Position numbers and translations under genes: made by a program | Shown here: in pieces, positions 1 through 12,130 of the stretch | Layout of the letters: each line of letters begins with the position of its first letter | How positions within the stretch are numbered: position 1 is the first letter of the stretch | Notes under the pieces: model-generated | Databases searched by the model: none | What the model saw: the letters and a program-made list of their open reading frames with translations, nothing else | Told to the model about the DNA's origin: nothing | Origin: Callorhinchus milii | Lineage: Eukaryota | NCBI RefSeq assembly: GCF_018977255.1 | Contig: NW_024704743.1 | Span: 79,982,001-80,046,000 of the forward strand | Direction of reading: 5' to 3' | DNA length: 64,000 bases

Positions 1-322
1 CAAAGGACCAAGTCACATTAAGTTGACAATGGCTACTTGGGTAAGATACTGGAAGTATTATAGAACATTTCTGGTCTTGACACAGCATTTGCTCATGAGG
101 AGGAGGGGGAACATTGGAATGGGAACAACGAAAATTCCAGAGTGCTGCAAAGCTACCCTGCTGAGAACCAATGTCTCTGTGTCTTTAAGCTAAGAACAAG
201 TGTAGTTTTAACCACAGTTGGTTGCAGAGGTTGATCCAGAGCAAGAGATCGTATTGAGAGAATGGCAATGTCATTATTAATTTGGGACCAGTATGATATC
301 AATATGATCTCTATCATATATA

Positions 323-485
323 TACTATTATCCTACCATTACACAATTTAGTGTCTCAACCCCTCTCCACTGCACTGGCAGCAGGGAGGTTGGCTCGAGA
401 ATTTAGATTATCCCAATAACGGTAGGGCTCTCAATGCAATGGAGAGGGTTGAGACACTAAATTGTGTAACTGTATGATTGTAGTA
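323..485. mobile_element. Palindromic MITE-like element (about 53-bp inverted arms) in TA-rich flanks
   Basis: ttacacaatttagtgtctcaacccctctccactgca (339-374) is the near-perfect reverse complement of tgcaatggagagggttgagacactaaattgtgtaa (435-469); weaker pairing extends outward. Confidence 0.7.
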
Positions 486-1889
486 GATCTATATATATAT
501 ATAGGACTAATTTGGAACAGGAGAGAGCCATGATGCGGAGATCAAAAAATCATTTAACTCTTCCTACCTAATATTACAGATCTGACTTGGTGCATAAGAA
601 CTCCCAATTACTGATGTTTTGATCTGTATTGATTGTTGCAAGAGGCCAGGAACATGAAGCAATATTTCCAGTAGGTTAATCCAGCAGAAACAATTTACAC
701 TTATTCAGCACCTTTTTCACAGAGATAATGCAGGGAGCACCAATCTGTAAGGAAAAGAAAGAGAATTTAGGGATATTGAATTGACCAAATCCACAGTCAA
801 AACATATTTTTTAAAAAGAGTTTTGAAGGCAGAAAGAGAAGGTGAAAGGTAAAAGGATTTGGGGAGAGTTCCTTAGAGCAGAAACAAAGTGGTTAAAGGC
901 GGTACAGAGAGAGAAAAAGAAGTAGATCAGAATCGGAAGTGCAGGGAGTTACGATAACTGCTGCAATAATCCAGAAACCCAATCCCCAAATTCTCCTTAC
1001 TTTCATTCGAGCTTGCTGCTGCAAGTTGTTGTGATTTCTGTCAAGTTAATATTACTGGAAATATTACATCATATTCCTGGGCCCTTGTTATTCAATACAG
1101 ATTAAAATGCCCTTGCCTTGTATGTTTAATCTCTTCAATCTGTTTGATCACTATAATACAAAAGTTGAATCTGAAAGATTATTCTTGCATGTGGTAATTA
1201 AAGTGTGGCATTTATCTGTGTGTGTAGTCTTTGCCAATTAGGTTGTGTAAGCACAGGAACACCTTTGGTACATAGGTGTCTGTGGGATAATAAAACCTTA
1301 CACAACTCATAAGGTGTGGTGGCGTTCTGTGTTCCTTTGCCAATTCCATTCCAAAGGATTTTACAGGTTTAACTCATTGACGTTATTTGCATGTTCAGTC
1401 CACATTGATTAACATTCAATAACACTTCTATAAAATGTTTCACAACCAAAAAAAAAGCACTGGAGTTTTCATAATGTGTTTTGTGCTTCCATTAGATTCA
1501 ATCTGAGACACTTTTGTTCGACTGTTGCACTTGCCTTCAATTGTACTCCCTTGTCATGTTGCATCGTGTGCACAAAAGTAAACTCCTTTAGCCAATGGTT
1601 CAGTGGAAATATGCAATGTTGTGCGGCACTGTAGAAACTACAACCAAGGTCCCACTTTTCATCTGTGCTCCGTCTCGAATCATGTTATTCAAACTCAGCT
1701 GTAATGCCCTCCATTTATAAATATCCAGCAGGCACTGTGTAAGCTCAAATATGCAGAGATCCTGTAGGGCTGCAAGTATCAATACAACTGTATCACTAAT
1801 ATTATTGCAACTTTATTGTCTCTAAAGTTTCCAGTTAAAAAAAACGAGTAGTGAGGCTTCCCCTTCACCACCCACACCACCACCATGCC

Positions 1890-2260
1890 CTAAAAGCACT
1901 GGCTTTACAGATCAGCACAAAGCTATAATTAGATCACAGCATGAAGTTGCGGTTCGAATCCCAGTCTCTGCTGAGTTAGCTGATCTCAGCCGGGACAGCA
2001 GGTGGACTGCTCTAATTGACCGCAGCTATCCTGGACTAGGTGAGGGGTGAGAATCAGTAATCGTTCCAATTCTCAATTGCTATCCAGTGATCCCTGCTGT
2101 AAAGTGCAAGGGTGTAAATTTCAAGTGAGAACAGAATCGGGCTCGGCTATGATGCATCTCCTTCTCTCCCCTCTCTCTACCCGCTTTCCTTAGGTTAAGT
2201 AGCCGGCTCACATTGCAGTTGGTAATGGAGGAACTTGTGGAACTGTATACCCCAGTTAGA
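1890..2260 (+). mobile_element. Ancient SINE-like repeat, here called family B (diagnostic ctgagttagctgatctcagc)
   Basis: B-box-like ggttcgaatcc at 1951-1961; the same motif order (tccagtgatccctgctg, gtgagaacag) recurs near 6030-6420, 12150-12520(-), 20170-20480(-), 25860-26240(-), 29440-29770(-), 36100-36460, 37340-37710(-), 45470-45930, 55430-55860. Confidence 0.6.
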
Positions 2261-2376
2261 AATGACATCATCACAACAGGATGGAGAAAACTAAAGAGTA
2301 ATGATTCTTAAATCGCAAGATTTGTTTGGATGAAGAAGGCCCTTCAGCCCATCCGATTTCATATTTTAATCTAAGA

Positions 2377-2583
2377 GGGGTGATAATCCCTTCAAAAAAA
2401 AATGTAATTACTCATTCACTCAAAAATGTTTGTAGGACACTGCTGTGCCAATTGGCTGCCACGTGTTGCCCACAAAATACACAGTTACTACACTTTATAG
2501 TATATTCTGTGAAGCACTTTCAGACGTCTTGAAGACCCAATAAGGCATTCTATCAAATGCAAGGATTATTATTATATTATTAT
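2377..2583 (+). mobile_element. Family A SINE, 3' portion
   Basis: tgctgtgccaattggctgcc body, ctgtgaagcacttt...atcaaatgcaagg(att)n tail shared with full copies. Confidence 0.85.
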
Positions 2584-3701
2584 CATCCTTCTAGAACACT
2601 CTACTGTCCCCCCATCACTGCATCAAACTGCTTTATAAATGAGTCCAGTGTCCTGACCTCTACCACCTTTCCTAGCAATCTGTTCCAGTTGTTTATTGCC
2701 CTCTGAATAAAGTGAACTGGAATGATAGTGCTTACAGGAAGATTTTACTTCCATTGATGATATAGAACCTATGGCAACATGTGCAGCCCACCTGATGTCT
2801 GACTTCATCTGCTGGGCACTGGCTGATATAGAATGGGACAGACATGATAGCATCACCAACGTAACAATCTCTGCCCTCTTCTTGATGGAAGCAATGAGGT
2901 GAGGGTGTGCTCACCTAGCAATCTTCAAAACCGAGTGAAATTAAAACAACGAGCCCGTGAGAGCCAAGGCTAAGTCTGTGTTTATTATAATTTACAAAAT
3001 TGTTGAGAACAACAATTTTCTCAGTCAAGTGGATTAATTCTGGTGCCATTAACCAGCACCTATGATAACCAGCATTATGATATCCTCAAATCCAGTGTGT
3101 TTCTAGCATTAAGCTAAAACTCCAACGCAGTGCTGGGAATGTGCTGCATTGCAAAAGATGTCGTTCTTTGGAGACATTTTAAATTAGGTCCCAACTGTCT
3201 CTTCAGGTGGATGTTAAAGATCTCACGGTACTACTGAAAAAGAGAAGGGTTAGGGGAAGCACTTTGAGGTATTCTCCTGATGTGAAAGGAGTCGTATCAA
3301 ATGCAAGAATTATTATTTAATATTATAAATGGCTGTCTTGTTTGCCAAAAAAAACAGTCATTGCACTTGACAGTTATTTCTTGTGAAGTGTTTTGAGACA
3401 ATTTAACATGAGAGGTGTTCTTTCTTTATTACTCATTTATTGACCATTTCGCAATTTAAAAATATTATGATTTGATTGAGGATAAATGTATTATAAATGG
3501 ACAATGAACAAATGGCAGGATTGTGTAATTATATCAAGAGTAAAATCTTCCCCTCCTCTTTACACACACACACACATATATTATACAGTCTCTACACTTA
3601 GCCTAGGACATCAACTGCCAAAAGAGAAACAGGGCAATGTTTGTAATGCAAGTTGGTACTGTTTCTGTAGCCCCTACCCCTGTGTCAAGAAAGGTCAGAA
3701 T

Positions 3702-5570
3702 ACAACAACAACAACTTGCACCTATATAGTGCCCTCCACCCAGGGTAGCAACGCAGAGCGCTTAACAGTGGCGGAGCCTGACTCCAAGTCGGCTGGGTGG
3801 TAGGTGACCGTAAATACGGTCGAAAAGGAAGGTTTTCAGGCAGGACTTAAAAAGGGCAGAGAAGGGGCAAGGTGGAGGGATTAAGGGAATATGTTCCAGA
3901 ACTTTGGGGGTAGTGGCTGAAAGCTCGACCCCCAATGGTGGACGGGGGTTGCGAGAAACGAGCAGGAGGCCGGTGCCAGTCAGCGGAGGCGCCGGGTGGT
4001 GGATTGGGGAGTGAGGAGGTTGGAGAGGTAGGGAGGTGACAGGGAGTGAATGGATTTGAACAGGAATGTGAGGATCTGGAAGTCGATCTGTTTGGTGATG
4101 GGGAGCCAGTGGAGCCTGATCAGAACTGGTGAGATGTGGGTACGGAGTTTGGTCCGGGTCAGTATGCAGGTGGCAGAGTTCTGAATGAGCTGGATTTTTT
4201 GAATAGTGGAGTCCGGTGAGGAGTGTGTTTGAGTAATCCAGGTGGAAGGTGACAAACCCATGCACAAGGGTTTTGGATGCATTTGGGTAAGATACGGTCG
4301 GAGACGAGCAATGTGGCAGAGGTGGAAGAAGGCGGTCATGTTCAGCAACCGAATGTGGGGAAGGAAGGACAGCTGGGGATCAAACCAGACGCCTAGATTG
4401 TGCACTGGTTCGGTGAGTCTGAGGGAGAGCCCAGGGAGGTTGAAGAGTTCAGATCCACAGGTGTGAAGAGGTTGATGGGAGCCAAGGATTATGTCTTCTG
4501 TCTTGTCCACATTCAGCTGCAGGAAGTTTGCATTCATCCAGGCCCTGATGTCTGGCAGACAAGTTGATAGAACATTGGTGGACCTGGAGTCAATGCTGGA
4601 AGAGGCAAAGTAGATTTGTGTGTCATCAACATAATATGTGGAAGTTATCACGTGTCTGTGGATGACATTATCAAGAGGGAGCATATAGATAAGGAAAAGA
4701 AGATGGCCAAGGATGGAGCCTTGGGGTACCCTGCAGGTGACTGGGCGGGGGCGGGCGGAGAAACCATTTGCCAAGATGAAGTGAAGGCGATTGGTTAAGT
4801 AGGACTCGAACCATGTGAGTGCGGTCCCATTATAATAATAATAATCCTTGCATTTGATATAGCGCTTTTCACGTTTTCTAGATGTCTCAAAGCACTTCAC
4901 AGAATATACTGTAAAGTGAATTGACTATATATTTGTGGGCAAAATGCGGCAGCCAATGGTGCACAGCAGTATTTCATGAACAGTCGTGGATTGAAATGAC
5001 CAATTTTTTTTTGAGAAATTATTATCAGCCGTGTGGAGTAAGGAAATTTTCCCAAGGTTTCACCCTGCCGGGAATCGAATCCAGCTATAGGACTCCACAC
5101 TGAGCTACAGGACTCCAAGGTTGATGTGGGAGGAGAGGTGATGGAGGAGGAAGGCGTGGTCGACTGTGTCGAACGCAGCAGAGAGATCCAGGAGAATGAG
5201 GTGACAGAGGGAGCCCTGGTCACAGATAGAGGGGACGTTGTTTGTGACTTTGACAAGTGCTGTCTCTGTGCTGTGGGCAAGGTGAAAACCAGACTGCAAG
5301 GGCTCGAGGAGGGAGTGGAAGGAGAGGTGTGACCGAAGTTGACCTGCAACAGAGCGTTCCAAGACTTTAGCAAGGTAGGATAGGTTGGAAATGGGATGGT
5401 AGCGTGAGATATTAGAGGGATTCAGGGTGGGTTTTTCGAGGAGGGGTTTGATAACAGCGGTTCTCAGGGGGAGTGGAACAGAGCCTGAGGAGAGAGAGAG
5501 ATTGGTTGACTGTGCCGGCCAGCAGCGGGGAGAGGAGAGGGAGTTGAGTGACCAACAGCTGGGTGGGGAG
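3702..5570 (-). mobile_element. L2 LINE, 5'-truncated (RT and C-terminal region), interrupted by a SINE
   Basis: Minus ORFs give LQSGF..HSTETALVKV..LDLSAAFDTVDH, VPQGSILG, YVDDTQ and LHWLPI; (ttg)n tail at 3702-3715. Confidence 0.93.
4832..5116 (-). mobile_element. Family A tRNA-derived SINE (short variant) nested in L2
   Basis: Reads ggagtcctgtagctcagtg... on minus and ends in (att)n; L2 sequence resumes on both sides (compare the uninterrupted gcggtcccactaaggtggatg near 62330). Confidence 0.92.
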
Positions 5571-6419
5571 AGAGTCGAAACTCCACCCCCAGAATAAAGT
5601 GAATTGGGTTCAATTCAATGTTACAAGATATGCTTCTATTCCATTTTTTTGCAGAAAGATAGACCCAGGAAAGCAAATAAATCTGGCGGTCAACTGTGAA
5701 AAGAGCAATTGTTTCCCATGCAAAGGTAACTGAGGCTAATGTTACAACCCAAATTAGAAATGAAGTGAGGTTGCGACAGTGGTATCTTTTATCTATGTTA
5801 GGCTCTGAGTATTAGACTTCAGAAGAGAAACTTGAAATGCATTGCATAAATACAGAGAAGGAATCTCGTGTTTCAGAGCATAAATGAGAAAGAACTGCAT
5901 CCTTCATTTCAATCTGGTTTGCTCTCCAAAGCCAGCAGAACCTAAAAGAACTATTTCTTCCAAGCTCGATTATTAAAATAAGCACCAGATAAATAAATGT
6001 ATTACTGACTGTGCTGTATCTTAAATACAGGACAAGCAGATCACACAGATAAGGAAGGTCCTCCTTTTCTTCTGATAGCTGATCTTAGTTGGGACAGCAA
6101 TAAGGGTACTATAATTGGCCTTAATGCAGTGCAAACTATTGTTGGAGGGAGAGAAAAAAGTCAGCCAGAGTTCCCACTCCTATTCCAGTCAGCCCCTCCT
6201 GGACCACACATGTCACTTTTCGCCCACAAAATATACAATCAATTCACTTTACAGTATGTTCTCCTTACATTTGTGGTCAGAATCGGGTTTGATGGTAAAT
6301 ATTTGGTCCAATAGCCTATTGACCCTCTCTATCTAGACTCGCACTGAGGTGAGGAACTTAAGGGCAAGTATCTTCCATAGGATCATTCTCCACCAATGAG
6401 TCAGTATCTTCAGGAGAGG

Positions 6420-6835
6420 TCTCCTGACCTCTCTACCTCCTTCGACGTTGTCGACTATTCTACCTTCCGCTACATTTCCTCTCAGCTCCACCTTTATGGT
6501 TCTGTCCTTTCCTGTTCCATTCTTACTGTGTAAGAGCGTCTAATTGCTCTATAATGCTACACTGCACAGAGGGCACTATATAAGTGCAAGTTGCTGTTGT
6601 TGTTACTGATCCCCATGTCTCCACTCTGTATCTGCGAATGGCTTCTCCTCCCACCCCACACCAAAACATTCGTCTCTTTCCTCTGCCGGCTCCCATCCTG
6701 CTTATCCCATCATCGGCAGTTGGGTCTCAGCCTATCACCCCACAATCTCTGGAACTCTATCCTTGAAGCCCTTCACCTCACCCCTTCCCTCACCTCATTC
6801 AAGGTCCGCCTCAAAACTTTCCTCTTTGTGCATAA
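6420..6835 (+). mobile_element. Degraded L2 fragments
   Basis: LDLS..FD.VD-like DNA at 6420-6470, tail gcactatataagtgcaagttgctgttg at about 6573-6603, LWNS..SFKVRLKTFLF at 6748-6828. Confidence 0.75.
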
Positions 6836-6981
6836 CTGTGCATAAAATGGGTCACTCGCTTTGTGGCTGGTTGTGGGATATTGCTGTCGTGTTTCCCTAA
6901 AAACAACACTTCAGAGTAAAATACTGTGAAGTACTTGGAGACATATTGATGACTTGATCAGGAACTAGATCAATTGCAATG

Positions 6982-7178
6982 ATAATAATAATACTTGCAT
7001 TTGATATAGCACCTTCTCATGTCTTCGAGATGTCTCGAAGCATTTCACAGGATGTACCGTAAAGTGAATTGACTGTATATTTTGTGGGCAAAACTCAGCA
7101 GCCAAATTGCGCACAACAGTATCGCACAAACAGTCGTGGGCTGACTGAGCAATTTATTATTTTGGGGAATTATTATTA
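6982..7178 (-). mobile_element. Family A SINE, 3' portion
   Basis: (aat)n cttgcatttgatatagc...gtaaagtgaattgactgtata matches the family tail and body in reverse. Confidence 0.88.
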
Positions 7179-8296
7179 CATAAGCAGCAGAAAGCTAGTG
7201 AGTGTGATTTTCCTATAATCTACCTCTGCAGAACTTACATGGTTATTGGGGTGAGCAGTACTGGAAAAACAAAGTTGTGGCTTGTATGTAACTGTGCTTG
7301 TGTTGATCTGTATATCCCAGTTCAAATATTGTAGCAAAGTGCTTTGAATTCTGTTGTGCAATGTAAATAGGGTGGGATCTCCTAGCACCAGAAACTTGAG
7401 CCTTTATTTGAACCAATTGTTGATGTTTCCTAGACTAATCAATGGGTAAATATTAATCCAGAACTTTTCTCTCCTCAAACATAAAGTTTGCCAAAACTTT
7501 TGTCCCGAATGCTCTACCTTTAAAGCCACCAATCAATCAGAAAACAAAAGCTTTCAGTTTGTATTGGGCATAAGTGCCTTCAGCCACTAGCAAATCTCAG
7601 GCAGTTGGATAATGAGTATCTGCTAACTAAACTGCACAATACTGTATCAGCATAATGATAAAATCAGTGTTGAATGCATCACCTTTCAACTTCAATGACT
7701 CTGAGAAGCAACTATGCTTGTCTTAAAATCGCCCAGTTAAACCACAAAATACAAACCTACTGCAACTGACAAAATTGGCACCAACTGATGTGGACTAAAA
7801 CCAGTTCTAAGGGTTTGGAGTGATTTCATTACTGCAATATATTTCATTTCAAAAAAGATTTCCCAACTAATTCTTACAATTGTTATAGCACCTAAAATGC
7901 CAAATGTTACAAAGCTCTTCACAGAGAATTGCCATCAAGTGTAGTGACTGCAATTGTAAAACACACCAGACAATGTGTGCACAAGGTTCCACAAACAGTC
8001 AATGAAGCAAATGAACAATTTATCTGGGAGATTGTTGGCCAGGGTACCAGGGGAAATTTCCTTCTCATTTCAAATCATACCCTGGAATATTTAATGTCCA
8101 CCTGAACAGCCAGATCTGACATTGGTTTAACATCTTTTGAAAGGAGGCACACCTAACAATTAAGTATTCCGCCAGTCCTTCTCTCTCTCCCTCCCTCCTC
8201 TCTCTCTCTAATTTAATTTAGATACAGTTCTGGATGGGACCTGTGTATTCTGTGAAAGATATACTTTAAAGTGTAGTGTATTTTGTAAATAAATGA

Positions 8297-9006
8297 ACAA
8301 TAATAATAACAATAATTCTTGCATTTGATATAGTGCCTTATTATGTCATTGAGACGTCTCAAAGTGCTTCAAAATATACTGTAAAGTGAATTGACTATAT
8401 TTTTGATGAAACATGGCAGCCAATTGTACACAGCATTGTCCGACAAACAATTATGCATTGAGTAACCAAATTACTATGTTTTTTGAAGGGAATATTACCC
8501 CTGGAAAAGCAACCCACCAATTGACTAACAAGCGGGTTCTTACTGACTGCTAAGTAAACAAAGGCACGTGGAGTAAGGAAACTTGCCTAGTAAGGAAACT
8601 TGGAGTCCTGTAGCTCAGTGGTTAGAGCACTCGCTTTGCATGTGAGAGACCTGAGTTCAATTCCCGGCAGGGCGAAACCTTGGGCACGTTTACTTACTCC
8701 ACACGCCTAATAATAATCCCTCCAAAAACCAAAAACAATAATAAATTGGTTATTTTCAATCTACGACTGTTTGTGGGACATTGCTGTGCGCAATTGGCTG
8801 CCGCGTTCACCCACAAATATACAGTCAATTCACTTTACAGTATATTCTGTGAAGCGCTTTGGGACGTCCTCCCGACATGAAAAGCGCTATATCAAATGCA
8901 AGGATTATTATTATTATTATTATTAGTGTTTTGCCCTCCCCGGGAATCAAACCCAGATCCTCTAGCTTGCGAGGCAAGAGCTCTAACCAATACACTACAG
9001 GTCCCC
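8297..9006 (-). mobile_element. Family A SINE (long variant), split by an antisense SINE: body 8297-8590, tRNA head 8926-9006
   Basis: Body ends gtggagtaaggaaacttgccta and the head resumes gtgttttgccctcccgggaatcaaaccc...ctacaggtcccc. Confidence 0.85.
8602..8925 (+). mobile_element. Full-length family A SINE (short variant), tRNA-Ala(TGC)-like head
   Basis: A box tagctcagtgg, anticodon arm ctcgc-tttgcat-gtgag, B box gagttcaattcc, L2-like tail agcgctttgggacg..aaaagcgctatatcaaatgc(att)n. Confidence 0.93.
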
Positions 9007-10479
9007 ATAAGTCATACCAAAATCGTTTAGCTGAAGGCTGAGATGGGAAGGATATTAGAATTGAATCAACTACACAAGTGAAATAAATGATCCATTCATG
9101 TGCCACGACTCCAGTAATTTTTCTTTGACTTCCATTCGTTGGGACGTCACTATTTCCAAAGCGGGGATCAGTTATGGGGAGGCTATTGTTGACAAGGTTG
9201 AAGAATGGAAGTAACTGCAGTAATCACCACCAATAACTGTGTCATTCTTCACGAGGATTACTGACGCTTTTCTGAAAGGAACAATTACGAGTGACAGAAA
9301 TACACTATATGTTATACAGTAAATAATGGATTCTTGCCAGTAAATACAGGACAATAAATCTATCAAGCGGTTCAGGTGAGACACCACAGCTAACCTATTC
9401 AGTTTTATTGAACCCCAATCAGAAGTTGGGGAATTCTCTAGTGGAGTTGAAATGTTCTGTGAATACGGAAGAATTACTGTAATTAGATGTGTGCAAATAG
9501 ATAGATCAGTTCTTGTAGAGATGTGAAAAGTGGAACACCGATAAACAGGAATAGGAAATGGGATTATTCAGCCCATTGAGCCTGTTCCAATAATTTATTA
9601 AATCTTGGCAAATCTTTTAATCTCAGATAGATAAATATTTATTTAATTCGCCATAATTTGACCTAAACGGCCTCAGCTAATATGCAAAAATAATTTAATT
9701 GAAAATTCTAATCTCAGAATTTGCTATGTCTGTGACACAACAGGACAGTTACTATAATTATATATAAAATAATGACACTTGGAAAATGTGCTGAATGAGT
9801 CCCTGCCACATGAGCAATCGTTGTCAGTGAGACTGAAGAAGATGCATCAGTATATTTGTAATATTTAGAGCATCAAATATTTAGAAAGTTTGAAATTCAA
9901 AACCATCTTCATGGCAAGAATACAGTTGCTAACGGCTGGTGTCACCTATAATTAAAAGTTAACACCCTTCCAGATACCATGAGCTGCTGAGACTTAAATA
10001 AATGGCTTAAAAGGGGATATCGTGTCCCACTGAAATTTTGGAACAGTAGCAAGTTGTGTGAAAAAGTGAAAACCATTTCCATTGTGCCTTTGATCAAATC
10101 ATAGTACAACAAAATACACAGTCTCTATACTTTAGAGTAAATCCTATGAAGCAGTTTGAGACATCATCCCGACGTAAAAGCTGCTATATACTTTAACAAG
10201 CTCAGCTGAGGACACAGTTGACATGTCATTCAGAAATCTCCCCCCACCTCCCCCATTACATCAGTGTGTAAATGTAATGCCCAATGTGCTATGTAGCTCT
10301 AAACATCAACAATATTCTAGGCTCAATCACTGACCAGCCTTCAGTTAAATAGGTTAGGGAGATAGCAGGGTGCACTAAATTGGATTCAGCTGAATGTATT
10401 TTGGAGAATGGAAAATTTAATTAGAATTACTGTTTCTTGGGTATATTTTTCTAGTGATTTCTGCTGAAGAATGCACATG

Positions 10480-10690
10480 TGTGAAGGTGTTTAAGGTTTT
10501 GAAGGGACTTGATGTAATGGATATTTATAGGCTCTCTCCACTTGTTGGTGAGTCCAAAATGACAGGACATAAATATGAGATATCCAATGACAGATCTGGT
10601 AGGGAGTTTAGGAAGAATGTCTTCATGCAGAGAGTGGTGAGAATGTGGAACTCCCTTCAAGTGTGGTTGAAGCAACCATGCTGTATCATT
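10480..10690 (+). mobile_element. Old CR1 LINE ORF2 C-terminal fragment
   Basis: VFKVLKGLD..LVGESKMTGHKY..EFRKNVFMQRVVRMWNSL is typical of the CR1 ORF2 end. Confidence 0.8.
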
Positions 10691-10882
10691 CTATGTAATA
10701 TAGGATTTAAACTCACATAGTCTAGGTTGACACTCCAATGCAGTGTTGGGGGTGTGCAAATAAGAGCAAAGATTACAAAGAATATACAGCACAGAAATAG
10801 GCCATTCAGCCCAACCAGTCAGTGCCATTGTTTGTATTCTGCACGAGGCTTCACCCATTCCTTACTCCCTCCTATACCCAGC

Positions 10883-11120
10883 TTGGCTCACTCTTGTATC
10901 TGAGTCAGAAAGTTGTGGATTCAAGCCCGATGTCAGGACTTGGAATCACATAGTCTAAGTTGACACTCCAAAGCAGTGTTGGGGGTGCCCTGCATTGCTG
11001 GAACTGCCATCCTTCGAATGAGATGTCAAACCAAGGTCCTGTCTGCCTATTCACATGGATGTTAAAGATTTCTTGCATTATTCGAAAAGAGAAAGGAGTT
11101 TCTCCCAGTGTCCTGGCTAA
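10883..11120 (+). mobile_element. DeuSINE/SacSINE1-like SINE
   Basis: tctgagtcagaaagttgtggattcaag head, gatgagatgtcaaaccaaggtcc..gttaaagat..gtgtcctggctaa core; family assignment from recalled Deu-domain consensus. Confidence 0.7.
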
Positions 11121-11979
11121 TAGATTGATAGCTTGACTTCTATCACACTGTCCAGGCTCACAGATTAAGTGGTGGAGGCTGTTGGTTACTGTGGAGTTTC
11201 AGATGAGAAAGGATGAAAACGTACGGGGAAAAGAGCTTCACATGAATGCAAGATGACATAATGCTTTCAACACTCAACAGAATGTTTACAAACACTAACC
11301 GCTGGACTTGCAAACTGGAAATCTGGGATGACATTTGTTGTATCAAGTGTTGAATTAATGGGAATCCTGGAATCCACATGAAATCTAGTGGAGAAGTCTT
11401 TTATTGAATGGTTGCTCTTAAATCACAGAGAAGATAATCTGTTTCACTGAAGAGGACAATGTTTGTTGGTGGAGATCCTCTGCCTTTTTATTGTGGTGAG
11501 AAGAAAAAAAGACACAACAGCCTTCCATATAAGGAAAACTACAGAAACGCCTCAATCCCAGATAAATCTTACTGCAGTATTTCTGTCCTCAAACAGTGCT
11601 GTGTGGTCTGAAACCCTTATCTGATCAGAAAAAACAGATAGCTCAGATCTGAGATTTTAATTTTTTTTCACAAATTGGAGTGGATTTGACGTTGTCTTTG
11701 TAAGATTTCCCTAAGTAACTGTGAGTTCTTTCAAGCAAGAATAAAATTCAAAATTGATAATTTTTAATAATCCAGTGGGCATTTAGGGTCAAATTTATAC
11801 TTATACAGAAATAAATTCTGAACAAGTTTTTGAATTATACATAGGGTTGGAAGGTACAAATTTGCAATGTTCTTTGACCTATTTAACATAAGGAATGGGT
11901 TAAGAAACATTCCACATTTTTCTCCATGGTTTCTAAACCCTGTTTTTGTCTTGTTTAATCAGTATTTGTTTTGACAGTG

Positions 11980-12130
11980 CTTTTGAGCCTCTGCATATAT
12001 GTCAATGATCTTGACTTGGGTGTAGAAAGGAATATATCCAAGTTGACATACAACACAAAACTTGGACGCATGATGAACTGTGAAGAACAGTGCAAATGGC
12101 TGCAAGAAGATATTGATAGATTAGGTGAGG
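11980..12130 (+). mobile_element. Old CR1 RT fragment
   Basis: IYVNDLDLGVERNISK...TKLG..NCEE...LQEDIDRLGE. Confidence 0.8.

Noticed and set aside
2930..3050. Faint similarity to the reverse complement of 30130-30280
   Set aside because: AT-rich and too short to support by eye.
8602..8675. tRNA-Ala(TGC)-like cloverleaf, also at 18104, 27084, 32290-32366, 49790-49867, 52512 and 56311
   Set aside because: Each runs directly into a SINE body and the copies are mutually diverged; they are SINE heads, not tRNA genes.
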